Part shown: piece after piece, positions 47,046 to 61,721 of the stretch | Layout of the letters: each line of letters starts with the position of its first letter | How positions within the stretch are numbered: the stretch's first letter is position 1 | NCBI GenBank assembly: GCA_049724395.1 | Contig: JAUGWO010000102.1 | Coordinates: 186,001-250,000 of the forward strand | DNA: 64,000 bases | Source of the DNA: Spongospora subterranea f. sp. subterranea | Lineage: Eukaryota | Reading direction: 5' to 3' | Notes under the pieces: generated by a model | Databases searched by the model: none | What the model saw: only the letters and a program-made list of their open reading frames with translations | What the model was told of the DNA's origin: nothing | Translations under genes and position numbers: made by a program

Positions 47046-50000
47046 TTAAAACCAAGGATGCCAAGTTGGCAATTGCCCACTAAGATTCTCCTCAGCCATT
47101 GCTTGCTTAATTAATTGTAACACTTTTGCATTGATCGGTTCATGAGTATCATCAACGTCATTTTTGGGGGCAGCCATGAATGACTGAATACCCCTTAATA
47201 TCTGCAACATGTTCAGTCACGAGCTCACTAATTGACAGCTGCATAGACCTGAAGCGTATTGGAAGAAATCTGCAACCTGACATCATATTCAAGAGTCCGT
47301 TGCGATGAATCAGTTTGCACGCTTTTTTTGGTAGCATGCCACGACAGCAAATCATCCCGTACAAACAAGTATAGATAATTCTTGAGAACATCCTGAGAGA
47401 GGGATAAGAGATTGGCGTCCGTTTGATAACCCGGCTGACCTGATGTTTGAGAAGACACGCAGATAGAGAGACTATCGTGGAAGCCATAATTCCAGAAATG
47501 TGACAATCACCTAGATATACATCAGTAGCGATACACCACTGAAGTTGACAGCATGTTCATACCAATGAAAGTTGAGATGTTTGGAGTTAAACGAAAAGGA
47601 ACTGAATCATTGGATTCAATCATATTATGGATATTATACGATGGATAAAACTCAGTGAACATAACATCACCGGAAGTCCTAGAGAGAAGGATTTTTTGTA
47701 ATGATCGGTCGCCAATAGATAGAATATATGACAAAAACGACGCTAAACCGATTTGTTTCGTGAACTGCTTTTTGAAAGCCTGCCAAGTAAAGTGAAATTG
47801 AGTAGAGTGACCAGGATCGCAAATATTCGCATCTTATACCCAAAGAAGATTGTGATTCGCCACAGTGCAGTGGAAGTAATTGGATAGCGTCGTCGTAGGG
47901 ATAATAGAACTTGTGATTCGTCGGTACGCTGCAAGTCGAGATGCTCGGCAGTTTTGAGGGGACCAATCAGTAACACTTTCCAACTCTTCCAAGACAACCG
48001 AAAACGGTTGCTCTGGATCAATATTTGCACTGGCACAAGCCTCTTCGTAGACCTAATATTGACAAAAACCTTGAATACATTGATGCTCTGAACGAAATGA
48101 AGCAGAACCTTTTCAAGGCTCGTAACATCCAGTTGGGTTTGCATTAATCGTAAACGATGAGTTAATGGAACAACAAGGGGAACAGAAAGGGCCAGGTTCC
48201 GTTTCCTGGTCTCCTTGTAGCGCATCATCATCCTGTTAATGATAGTATATAGTTGCATCATGCGTTCATCACTTCTTGTGATATGTGCAATAGAATACTA
48301 AACAGAATTAAATTGACGTGGTTCAGTTGGCAACGAGGCAGGTACCTGAACTAAAAAGTGATAGGTAATGCCATCACTTCCTAAAATCGAAAGCCTTCGG
48401 TGCAGATATGTATGGGATAGGCGAACGACCGCCACCGAAGGCTCGAACCGCATAATTAACACATTCTGAAAGAAAATTCAATCAACATTTGGAGCAAGAC
48501 GCAACGCAACATAGCGACATAATAATGTGAGCAACTAACCTGATCTGTCGAAGGCTCATGATCGCACAGATACTGCCCTGGCACTTCAACTTCGTATGTC
48601 TGGAACCTCATCAAATATGGGCTTAGCGTTTCCAGACGTAAAAACATACGCCGGCGTTGCGTAACCTGTCGTTTTTTGTAAATATGCAACATTTGTTATA
48701 ATAGTTTTCTAGGAACGGACTTGATACTCAAGATGAGTTTTCCATTTGCACAACCTCGAAAGAAGTACAGACAGAGTTACGCCAGAAGTGGCTGAAAAAT
48801 CTGCTTCAAATGATTGTCTATATCGGCGCACGAAATCATTTTGAACAGGATTGGCGATATTTTTTGAAGTATTGAAAAAAGAACGCGATAATCGTGAGAG
48901 AACGCCAGCTAGTTGATCCGGGATCGGGCCAGAAAGACCCGACATCATAACAGCCTGAACTGTATGAGATCCGGTTTAGAAGAATTTTGTAGATGCAATA
49001 CCTGCTTAAAGCATTTTTGATGCAAAGAGTGCACTGAACCGAGCAATTCTTCCTGTGGTAACGGCTGAAATCGAAGATTGATTTCTTCAAGCATGTTCTC
49101 AATCTCAGTAACTAGCGATGGATGATTTTCACGCATCGTCAATACAATGGCCTCAACTAAAACATATGTTGTAATATCCTATAAAAATAATCAAACAACA
49201 AGCCTACCTAATGATAACGATGTATTGTCTTGCGAAAACCCATCTTGTGTGTCTTTCGAAATGGCATTCATTTCTCGTTTTTCAAACAGAAAAGCCCGGA
49301 CCTAATCCGCAATATTTAGAGATTTCAGTATACTGGTCACTATCTGATTACAGTATAATGCAATGCTTGAGGATATATGCGCGCTACTCTTTGCAAAATC
49401 AACTTGATAGAAGGCCCTTCTGGCCTGGCTAAGCACGTTAGTAGCTGAGGAAGCCAGAGAAGCCAAGCCCATAAGGGCACTTGTTCCGATGCGTGTTCGA
49501 ACGCACTGGCAACAGTACGTTCCTGAGGGAAATGAACCATAAAAATAGGAAAAAAGTATGTTCATACTCCCTACCTCAACATCATACGAAAGCAGCCATA
49601 TAACTCGGGTTATCATGAATCGGGCCCGCGCCTCTCCATAAGCAATAGCGTGCATGTAGCAGGACACAGCGCAAGTTGCCCATTCACGATCTTTTTTCAT
49701 CGCAAATACTGAGCCAGAAGAAGTCAAGGGCGGAAACGATCAATGGCAAAATATCACCTCGGTCGCAAAAATTCGCCCAAGAAAGCCACGATTTTCCGTG
49801 GTCTTCGCAAACATATAAGGCTGTTGAAAAGCTTGCATTCGCGTCGTCGCCCTGACCGAGATGCTGTAGAGCATCGCCCTTTAATCGAAACAGCTCGGCT
49901 TTCTAGAGAGCATTCATTGGCGGCAGCTTTGAATCTTGGGAAGAGACATGACTTACTTGTACACTGGAAAAGTAATCGATGTTTATCGAATTAATTAGGG

Positions 50001-53000
50001 CGAGAGCATCCTTATATTGAATTGGGGATCCCATGCAAACACGTATCTGCTCACGAAGACGGAAAAATGCATCGCTGGTGGAGATTGGCACGTCGTCTGA
50101 AAATTTATGTGAAAAAGCATTACGAAAAAGTTCAACTTTTAACCATTTGCAGTTTTGGCAAGGGCTGAAAGACATTGCGGGAATAGCTGCTGTTTTCGAG
50201 CGGTTTTAGCAAAAGTAAGCAGAGTCCATATACGATCCTCAATCTAGAAACATTTAGAGAATCAGAATTTGAAAAGACAAGGGCGACTGCATACGGAAGG
50301 AACCGCAGGTTTTACGCTAGCTTGAGCGACGCTTTGAAGAGGCACAGACTGCTGCGTAAGTTCGAAAATCCGCAGACGCCAAGACATCAAGTCAGTCCAA
50401 GTTGATAAATCCTCCCAATCATTAGGTAGTCTACATTAAATTAGCAAACAAAATTGTTCATCAGAGTGAAGTGGAACCTCTGCCTCCATTTAGTTAGATA
50501 CGAAGTCAAATCAACAGGCTTTCCTTGTGAGCGCGAAAGCGAAGCCTCATTTAGCATTGAATTACTCTCCTGAACCTCAACGAGACCTTGAAAATGAACT
50601 AGCAATGGAACATGTGCTTCTGATAGCACATCTGGTAAAACGCTCCAAAACTTGATTAGGGCCTAGCAAAACAATAAGGTATATTAACGATATTAAAGCA
50701 ACAAATACTTGTGATGTTCGTTCAAAAACTCTGTCAACATCCGCCTCACGACTGGAGACCGCGTAACAGATTTGGTGCAATGCGTGGTCGCGCATTATAA
50801 TTTCAGAACGAGGTTTCATGGACCAATCGCCAGATTTGCATGCCGCCTCAATCTATATTTATAACGAAATTGACACAACTCAAGCGAACGTTACAACGTT
50901 GACAAACCTGAGCATCAAGCGATCCCTGACTATGAGCGCAAGCAGCCACTGCGTCCCATTGCCCAAGTTGACGGGCTGAATGCATCCACTCATCATGCCA
51001 CAAATTCTCTTCCATTGCTGACACCTGATTACCCTAAACCAGTTATATTGACGACATGAGCGCCACTCAAAAGTTACCTTTCCAGCTGCAGGTAAGAAAC
51101 TACTGGGAATCGACGCCATTTTGGAATGCCCGTGTACTGCAGTAATCGCGTTGAAGAACATATTCTGTGCTCGAGGCCATAATCCAAACTGTTGAAGGGC
51201 TAACGCAGAACGGGTGATAGGCGCCTAAGGCAGAATTATGAACCTATCATCAAACAAAAACAACTAACCTGAGCAATTTTGTACCAAACACCAGCGAGAA
51301 TATCCCGCTCGTTTAGTGTCGTTAAAGTCTGGATTAACGCTGCCTGAGCCTCCGGTTGCTGCATCTGACGCTGCAGTAACGTAGCAGACAGGTACCAAGC
51401 ATTGTATGTCCGCCCAATGAACGCCAAACGCTCCGCAGGGAGATGCGGTGCTATGTCAACAGGACACGCCAAACACGATTCCAGTAAGACCTGAATGATT
51501 GAATTTGAATGTTCGCTAAGAAGATTCCGACATTATACTACCTGCACCACATTAGGATTTGCAGATTTCTGATTGCTATTCCAATCACGAGAAAGAAAAA
51601 CACCAATCAGTGACTCCAACCGCGAGCGTTCATCATCGTTGAAGCTGCCCCATATTTGGGGGAATATATCAATCCAAATAGTCGCTGAAGTTGCAGCATC
51701 GAGAGCAGTAAGAGTTGCCAGTGTTTCACAAATCATTTGAGGCTGTTGAGCTAATTTTAAGAAATTTCATCGTATTAAAACAACCTCCCAACCTTTAAGT
51801 CCTGCACTGAATTCAAAAATTCTTGATGTTCGTAATAAACAGGTGTTAACTGAAAAGAGGAGGTAGATAGGGATCGCGCATCAGGACCGCGGTCAATTAA
51901 CATTGGATCGTTAAAGCTGAACGAGCTGAAAAGAAGATGCAGCGCGGGTGTAATCCAAAATCCGGACATCTAAAATCCATGATTATTGAAAAAAGACAGA
52001 AAAAAGCTAGGGATTACCGATGTGGCGACGGCCTCAAAATCCGGGTGCCCAAAAATATAGCAAAGCAATCGAAAAGGGAAATTTTCGCTACCTAAGGAAA
52101 CTTCATCAAATAGATAATCAGCAAACAAAAAAGAGCCACACCCTCCATCTCAAGGCAAACACGGTTCTTGATGTAATCAATAAACTGCGAACGTATCCCA
52201 GCATCGGTGCAGTTTAATCCAATAAGCATTACACCACTGGGAACCGCTGATGAAAAGAGAATATTCCTACAAGCCCAAAGAAGACGATAGAAATTATGCT
52301 CCAGAGCGGTGTTCTCGCTTGTGGCAAATCGCATAGAGCACTTGATGATCATTTCGGCAGCTTTTCCATCTTGTTCGTTAAGCGAAATATTTTCTATCCA
52401 ACTTAACAACGAAAATGAGAGAAAAGTCTATCATTATTACCAGGACATACTCTATCATTGCCGACATAATCCCTTTGATTAGTTCGAAATCGGAACATTT
52501 TTCAGCAAATAACATGTATGTCTGAATCAGACATTTACGATGCTCAGCATTGAGCTGGGTACCAGAAACAATGAGACGTAAAGCAGATATTATACAAGAC
52601 GAGCTTGGACAACTTGCAGCTGAACCACGACGTTGAGAATCAGCTGCGATATGCGAAAAGTATTCACGAGACAGATTGACGATGGCGTGACAGAGCGCTG
52701 GGATATGTGACTAGAAAGGGTTTAAGGAAGTGGAAAAAAAATCCTGCTAAAAAAACTCCTACTTGGATGTAAGTCAAGTTGCACTTGGCTAGACAGCTGA
52801 GGATTTCAATTGCTGTTTGACACAGCGAGATTGACTGGGTAAGTCCCGCTTGGATGATCTGAGATATACCAGCAATGAACTCATCGTCGACCATAATCGG
52901 AATCAGAGCCGATAACGTTGCAGATAAAGGCGGTCGAATCTAGATCCGAATCAACAAAAAGCAGAAAGAAAGCATCGAATACTTACGAAAGGGGATTCCG

Positions 53001-56000
53001 ACTGAGCGCAGATTCTGATAAACCGTATAATGTGAAGAGCCCCTGCTCGGCAACTATCTGAAGATGTCAATGCGATATCTTTAATGCAATTTAAAAGCGA
53101 TATGCATTGCTCATTAGATAATCCACCCCCGAGGCCACCAGTTACCGATAGAGCATCAAGTTTAAGAACAAGGTGGGAATTCTGCGAAAGAATCTTAAGC
53201 AGCAGAGCCTGAGTAATGCTTTGTCTTAACAGGTGGGTAAACCGCTAAACGAAAGAACTGACCTGGCATCGCATCCCGAGAGATTTTTGCGAAGGAACTT
53301 CAGTGGTCGATACAATGAGAGAAAACAATGTAGACGCCAATGCGTCGGCGGCAGAGGGCAGGTCGAGGGATGAGACGGACATAGCAGAATCATTAGACAG
53401 GTCCAATTTAACACGTTTAGAAACATGAGTGTCATGGGCTATTTGAAGCAAAGCAGGTAAGAGCGACACATCCCCGAGTGGTGGGGGTAAAGACAGCGAC
53501 TTGTCAATATGTGAGAAATTGCCCGACAATGAATGGTCTTCAGACCAGGACATGACAAGACATATTGAATCGTACGCAACCTAATCCCGGTTTGAGCTTA
53601 CAAATAACGACCTGTAGAAGTTACCCACCTGCCGGACGTCTCCAGGATCCTGGGAAGACGAAGCAATGAACTTATCGAGACATGAGATAATAATGGGGGA
53701 AAAAATATCCCTGATGAAGTCATTGAGTTCTGTATTTTCAATACACAATGGGAGATACGTACCGAAAACGACGAAAATGCTCTTGAAAACGGGAGAGGAT
53801 GATTAGTATATGTTGAAGATGCTGCAAATCAGATGATTGCTCAGACAAAAAATATCGTCGAGTCCATAAGATATAATCAGGCACGATAGTCGGATGATGG
53901 TATTCCGATGCAGCAGAAAGAGAAGGAAGCAAAAAATTGAGCGCTTCATGAACTTTCGTACGAGTCTAACAACGAAACTGTCAACAGTTAAACAAACGAC
54001 GGAGCAGCAACGGTACCGAGATTTGCCACTGGGTCAAAACCGCCAGATACAGAGACAGTCTAATTTGGTGTAGAAAGTTATTAGTACTATTGGAACCCAC
54101 AAACTTGGACAAAGCAATGAATGAACTCATTTGGGCATGTGAATTATCCCGGGCGCATCCTGCCCAGATATATTGCAACATGCTAGTTTGGAAAAGAGGA
54201 TCGTATCTATGAAACTCACTGATGATTAAAAGCAAACGAGGTTTCATCATGACGAAGTGAGTTACTTTGATAATGGCAAAACATGGCTCACAAGATTAGA
54301 TAAAGCGGAATCATATATGTCAGGCAACGACGTGCTTCCCGTGATAATTGGAGGCAAAACGACGGAGAGCGCCTCCAAATACTGCCTGGTGTCGCGATTC
54401 TCCAAGACCAACCTGACAGGCATCAATGACAGAGAGCATATTCAAAATAAGTATTTACCGCTGGAAGATAGGGGTGATTATCAAATTGAGAGCCTTTGTT
54501 TTCACGGCATACGCAGCAGGACCACGGCCAAGAGTGGAAATGAATGTCAACAAGGTGAGCTCAGCCTGATCACCATTGACAACCTCGTTCGTGATAAATT
54601 CGGAAAGAAAAGTATAATCAGAGATGCCGCGAAACACCAGAGCAAAAAGAAGTCTCCAAAGATATGAGCAGCTCATCGCCGCGTTTGCCTGACAAAACTA
54701 GAAAGGAGATATTCACAAATAAGCCATGTCAAAAGATAAATATCGGGCACCTTCATCAAAATTTCGGCAATCATTAAATTTTCTTGAGCAAAATTGACGT
54801 CAATAAGACTTTCTGTCACATAATCGTCGTCGTTGACAAACGAAAGAGCGGCGGACATGCGATCATCCCAAAGTGCAATAAGATGATTCAAAATGACGTC
54901 GCATCCTCCAATTCCAGTAGTTGCTACGCAAAGTAACTTGTGTGAATATAAGATAGCGGCTGAAAAAACACACGTACAAAGAATATGCACGATACTGATA
55001 ACCTGAGAGCGAACCTCAGATTTATCGTAGGCGACGTCAGACCCATCTTCTGACTAGTAACATTTGTGAGTTATATAATGAACAAATGAATGCAAGATGA
55101 AGGATATACACTAAATGCAATGCCGACAAGCGATGGCATTGAGTCTCTCACGCATTGGATCAGCATACCAGCATTATCAACTCCAGTCTGTAAACACTCT
55201 CTGAAAAGCCGGGATATTGACCGGTTGCTTAAACTTGAGGACTGAAGAAAAAATGCAGCAGAATCGGCGCAATAATCCTTATGGTTAATGAGGCGGAGGA
55301 GAGGGAGCCTGAAAGGGGAGCTCGGACCATGACTAGAACCTCCATATATCTGGTAAACTAGTAAGTGATGGACGAATGAGGTGTCTCTCAAACATAAACC
55401 TGGATCATGGGAAATAGACTTTCCAAGTGTACGATGGACATGATAACCTTCTGAAGAAAACTACCAGAGATTTTTGGCAAAAGGTGAAAAGTGTCCAAGA
55501 TCGCAGCCGGAATTAAAATGTCACTCCAGCGAAATGCATTGCTACTGCCAGAAGGTTGACCAACTCCCGAACTGTTTGCAGGTGTAGTTGATATTCCAGA
55601 AGCGGATTCAATGGCTGCAGAACTGTCCCGTGCAAGGTTGGAGATAACCTGAAGTCATCACTTAAGCCAAGCAAACCGACCAATACAATGAACCAACTCG
55701 GCTAAAGCTCTCAAGATGTTCGAACAACTTCTGAGATAATGTAATGTTGAAACATTTAGATAGAATCTTCAGCAAACGGGACAACATTGTTAACAGAGGA
55801 AGAGAGAGCTTTTGATATTCCGCAAAATTAGATAAAACAGGCCGAAGACAGGATTGCAGAAGAACTTTTGGGGGCCGTTCCTGTTCACACGCTAAGGCCA
55901 TGCCTTGATCAGCCGCGTGTGCCACCTGAACAAAGACGTTTCATACAAACAGCGAAGATGAATAAGTATCTTAAATACTTCTTCATGCGTTGACCTCAAA

Positions 56001-59000
56001 GACTCGAAAAGCGCAGCGATTATTTTGTTTCGTAAATTAGCTGGATTCGGATCCGGTTCATTAGATGCCGCAGCAGGAGAAAAATCAGCGCCCGACGGAG
56101 AAGGAGACATGATCAACCTATCAAATGGATCCGGCGTAGTCTATATTCTAAATTTTGGAAAAGAGCTGAACGAATAATGTCACAACTTACAGGAGAAGAA
56201 AAAGCGAATTGCCGTTGAAGTTGTGGACATCTGACGGCAGCAGAAAGCAACTTGATGCTCTCAACACGCTGAAGCATTAACAACTTCGCTCGTCCAGCAT
56301 GACCAGTGGAAGCGCTGGTCGAAGAATTTGATGATGCGTTCGCTGCTCTAAGAAAAAATAAGCCAGTATTTGTTGATAAAAACCTGTTTTACGCTGATGC
56401 CGATTCATCATGACGAATCTCCGCGGCTAAGGATAAAAGCAGGTCGAAAAAATCCGACGTAATCTGAGAAGTAATGTGACCAACAAAAACCACTAGAGAC
56501 AGTCGTATACTTCTATTAAAGGAGGGTCTAATGACAATGCATACGCAGTGGCGGAAATGAACCCAATTCTGATAGAGGGGGCTAACGTGTGAAGACGACG
56601 AGCAAGGACAGGATTAACAAGGCCAGCACGATAAGGCTTGAGTAGCTCACAAACAGGAGAGCGACTGATGGAGGAGACTGCGCACGAATAAATTGGGGGG
56701 TTTGTAAGTTTTTCGTGAAGGCATACTCATTTCTAGTAGGTTCTGAGCACAATCGCGAACCACAGAAACTGAAGACGTTAGCACAGAAGCAAGGCTTGCA
56801 ATCAGTGGAGATGCATCTGTCTCAATAAGGGAACATGTCCTGACCACCTGATTATCAATGAGTATTCAGGATGCCAATATAAACGATGAGAACTAATACA
56901 TGTTCCAGAGTGCGAAGAGCAAGGGAATAGATCTCGGCGTCAATATCTGATTTGGAATCACGCAAGGAGAATATTAAACCACGAAACAATTCAAGCTAAG
57001 AGGCTAATAAATTCACAGTAACATCAAGAAAAAAACGGTTGGACCTGGTTTGCATGCAACCATTGAATAGGAAGGCGAATCGCTAATTCCGATACCAACT
57101 TGACTCCGGCAAACCGAAACTGCAACTGTTTCAGTGAATAGAGGAAACGACCGGTAAAGCCATACATTGGAGCTGGCATAATGACAGAAATGGACGGCTT
57201 GAGAAAAGACATGCTGAAGTGTAGCATGGGGGCGCGACAACGAATCACTTCCGATCACAGAAGAGAAATCGTTTAACCAAATGCGAAACTGAGACCATCC
57301 AACTTCAAAGATAGCACTTTCCGATGAACAAATTGCATTAAGGAGGGTATCAATATACGAAATTCCATCTACGCTGATGTACGAGGAATGGAGGGTCTGT
57401 CAAGGGAATTAGCAAGTAAATAAGCCCGCGACAAAATCAACAAACCGGGTCCCCGAGAAGTAGAGCAAAATGGCGTGCAATATCTGTCAGAAATTGCTCT
57501 GAGCGTCGGACTTGATGAAGCCCAACGCCGGATATCAACGACGACACAAGTAAGGAAAAAATACGTTCTTCTTCAATGATATGGACGCTGCGCTGCTCAC
57601 GTTCTTTCGAGATATTGTCATTCGACATTGGGCAATACCTGATATCAACAAAAGCAAATGTGAGAACCTAACAGAGTCGTTTCAGATGAATTACATCTGA
57701 GGCGGATTGGACTGGCTGCTGGAAAGCAACGAGAGAATCGAGAGCTCAGCTATATCGGCTGCAGCTTCGACCAACCTTGGGGAAGAATTTGCAATGTCAT
57801 CACAGAGAATTTGATTAACACGTTTCGCGACGTTTCTAGCAGTAACGGCGACGCTATCACAGATGAATATACGAGGACCAGCACAGCCATTACTTGATGA
57901 AAAATACAGATAAATAACATTGTTCAAAATGTGCGAAACATATACCTATAAGTGAGGCAATCTTGCAAACCCGTGATGAAAAACCTTCTATTTCGGCCAG
58001 AAAACGCACCAAGAACATGCATCGCTGTAAGTGCGAACGAAGACGACGGAGACCGCAACAAGGTACACAGACCGATCATGATACGGCGTAAAAACCTTCA
58101 TAAGAAATTGAAAACGTATACATAAAGCAAAATCGGTCGTACTTTTCGACGATTGGATAGAGGAAATCAAGATCTAAGTTGTCGATCCAAAATTCCAGCG
58201 TCCTTAGACCTAATATCAGATGTAAGGAAATTGGCCTAGATGTTAAGAACAGAGCACAGACCAAGCTTAACAATCCCCTCAGAAGTTGATTCAAGCGCAA
58301 TCGCAACTGTTTCCATAAGGTTCGAGATGAAAGGCAATAACGATGAAAGGCGAGCCGGGACAGTTAATGCTGCCTCGACGGCTAGGTTGGAAATCGTGGC
58401 TGAGCAACCCGATCGCACAATCTACAATTTGAAGTGAACTTGAAATACAACAACAGATTCGATACCTGACTTACAGAAAGGACTCCGGTAAGAAACTCTG
58501 GCATAATTGGCAAAAATTCCTTATAGAGGCGTTCGAACATTCCACCTCCGATTCCACGAAATCTAACATGAAACTAAGCAACTTACTACTTATTACAAAT
58601 TTGCAATACAGATGTTTCAAAATCATGAAATAGGACCGGGGATCTTTAGCAATCATTATGTACTCCAGACACATTTGTACCATACGACACAGATATGGAC
58701 GCAGAACAAATTCTAGATCGGCGAACATACTGAGAGATCCTGAAAATTGAGATCTTAATTCTTAACAACCCACATTATCTTGATGTCGATACCTAAAACA
58801 ATGCGAAAAAGGTTGATCCGAACTTTGGATTCCACTGATTCGAATGAAGCGATTGATCGAAAGGATTTTGGCTGAAATAAAGAAGAAAGTAGCAAATCGG
58901 CAAAAACCTAGAACCGCTCAACTTATTTTCAGGGTCTCGAAGCAAAATGCGTTTCAATACTTTGGATATATTGGCGTTTGCAAGAAAATGCTGAGGAATC

Positions 59001-61428
59001 AAAAACATCGAGAGCGTTGAATCGAATGACACAATGGTTTGAAGAAACTTATCAAACTGGTCCGCGAAAATGTTATGAAAAAGATGGCCGTCGAGCACTG
59101 TGAATATGGAAGCAAAATGATCAAGGACTAGATCGGTGGATTTCTCGCCCGCCAAAGGTCCAGGCTTGTCCTTCTTCATCTGCAGCAAAGATATTGAGCC
59201 ATTGGATGGTTCAGGAACCGGCACCGTACAGATATATTTTCATGAGGGATTGTGTAGAGTTCAAAACATTCTAAGGAATACCCAAAGAAATCATGGATCA
59301 AAAGAATTTCAGGTTGAGAATCATTAGGAGACACAGGAGCTGCGTTTCGTATGCACCACACTACCGTTTTTAACCCGAAAATCATCGTATTCAAAAGAAC
59401 CTGTCATAAAATACGTTGGTATTCAGCCATATTTGAGCATGAAGAAGTGAACCTTAACATCCCGGAGCGCAACACGAATTGATACCGGACTTCCGAGTCT
59501 AGAAGCATCAATTTCCGATAGGGATTCGGCGGAAATATACGTATTGCAGGAAGACGACTGACCCCACGTTGGGGATTGCGGCGGTAGCAGGTCTTGAATG
59601 AATCTGCAAACTAAGCTATAATCATTGTCAACAATAGTGCAATTCCACTGTTTACTCTGTATACGATTCCTGGTTCTGAGAAACAGCATTTCTAAAGACC
59701 GCTACTAATTTCCGGGTAGAAGAAAATTTGGAGACAAGCGCGTATAGAATTGTAACAAGAACCTGAATACAAAGAATGACAACGGTTGTAATTGACTATT
59801 TACATATTGGCATGCCTTTTTTGATTTCCCCGGTTCCTCTTTGTCCTTCCTATATATGGCGTCCACCAAATTGAACAGAAGCTTAACACTTGACGTTTGA
59901 AGAGCAAAGGGCAACGACATATCATGCAAGTGACGGCAGAAAATATTAGAGGCCATGGAAAGCTGGTGTAAACTCATGTCGCCCCTATGCAGACTTATAA
60001 TTCGTGAAAGCAACCATGGTTGGTTATTATACCTAACGTGACTGACAAGGTCGACAAGAGCCGAAGCCGCAAGGGGGCGTAATGAGCTTACTGCAGCTCT
60101 CCCTTTACCGACCATCAAGTGCGGATACATTTTGAGAAAGTAATCCACCTTATCTGTAAAACTATGCCTAAACGGTTCGGTGGCTAGAATATGACGCATA
60201 TTGATCAAAAGTTCACGACGCATAGAAACTGCTTCAGGAGGACAGCTTCGCAAAAGAGAAAATATGCTTCTAAATCAAACGGTCAATTATTACATTGGGT
60301 AAGCAAGAAGCGAAACAGTTACTTTGACATATCATCACTATGAGGAAGCATTCGTTCTGAGTATCCTCTTAATACATAAGTCAGAAAAGAAAGAGTCTTG
60401 ACTCGTGCGACTGTAAAGTCGTTGAACTGTTGTTGCATTCTTTGCGCATTTCGTTCTGAGACTTCAGAGCGGAGAGCCTATTGATCGATGTCAGGTTGGG
60501 CAAGCAATTTAGGAACAACATTACTTTGATCATAATTGGAATCAACTGAGCAAGCGATTGCTCAGCAAACTTCGGGTATATTTGAGTAATTAATCGAACA
60601 ATCCTTTCACAGCCAGCTAGAACGCGAAATGATGACCTTCCCAAGATTATGATTGTCGCACCAGGGCTGGGCGCGGGTGTAGTTGGGGTTGCAGGCTGAA
60701 AATATTAGATTTAGACCAAAAATCATTATAGAACGAGAACAATACCCTTGCTGGAAAAATGGCTGCAACGGTTCGAGGAAGATTATTGTACATTGACGTG
60801 AAAAAAGCAAGAAAATGTTGTACTATTTGATTCACATTACTTATTGAATAAAAAAGGACCCAAAATCATAAGGACCTGTATTCTCCAGATACGGATGATA
60901 AGCTTTGTGATAATCGAAGACCTTAACAGAAACAGCAAATAAGCAAAAAAGCCGAATACGGAACAATGGGATATCGAACCATCGATAAACAAAGCAGTGC
61001 ATTATTTTCATTGTCACGATTCAGAACATCCACCAAAGCATTGTGGATATTCTCTGCATGCGGCTTTAATTCTGAAGTGACAGGTAATTTGCTCAAAATA
61101 TCAATAATAGTGGCCTAACATGTGGTCAATTAGGTTCTAGAAGATTCAACAATCACATTGTATTACCCTGATATCCTGCACAGTATTCGGAGTAAACTGA
61201 GGAGACCCTCCTTTTATCAGCGCGGTCAAGAATGGCACGATGTCATTCAAAACTTGGCTATATTGTCCTTTGCCCACTGTTGCTATGGAGGCCCTTAAGC
61301 GGCAAAGCGCCTCAAGCTGCCCATCTATCGATATACATGAAAAAAGATTCCCAGCAACAACGAGCTAGGATACCGGGCGATGCGAACAGAAGAGAGGCAC
61401 GATCGGCGGCACTCGCCAGCAGATCCAT
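47046..61428 (-). CDS. TRRAP: TRRAP/Tra1 PIKK-family pseudokinase (SAGA/NuA4 scaffold), very many short introns
   Basis: N-terminus ..PQFTPN..IIDILSKLP..LKPH..DNENNALLCL; RRELLINMRHIL; LTVPARLSSLLP; GLRTLEFWIDNL; LLWLPQLL; YPQAL; VPFRLTPNI; FATC ..ENLSGQLPTWHPWF*. Confidence 0.93.
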
Positions 61429-61721
61429 AAGAAAAAGGCGCGAACGTCAGGCGTTCATTGGACCTGGATATCAGGATACCGACAAGCGACAGTCTTCGGA
61501 ATAGGTTAGGGCCACAAATATGCGTATGGGGTAGAGTAGCTTGAGGAGGTTCATGATCCACAACACCAAATACAGTAACATGACTTGCCGTTTTAGCATC
61601 GTGTCGATGTGCACTGTTACTGATACTGAGCCGTGTACTTTGAGTTCGTAGGCACAAGCATTGCAAGGGTTTCATCAAATTTTGATGTTTTGAAGTTAGA
61701 TATATTCTGTTTATGGCAGCA

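Noticed and set aside
47046..61428. Dozens of separate small genes or a pseudogene, as implied by fragmented ORFs
   Set aside because: The fragments are collinear TRRAP exons separated by short GT-AG introns.
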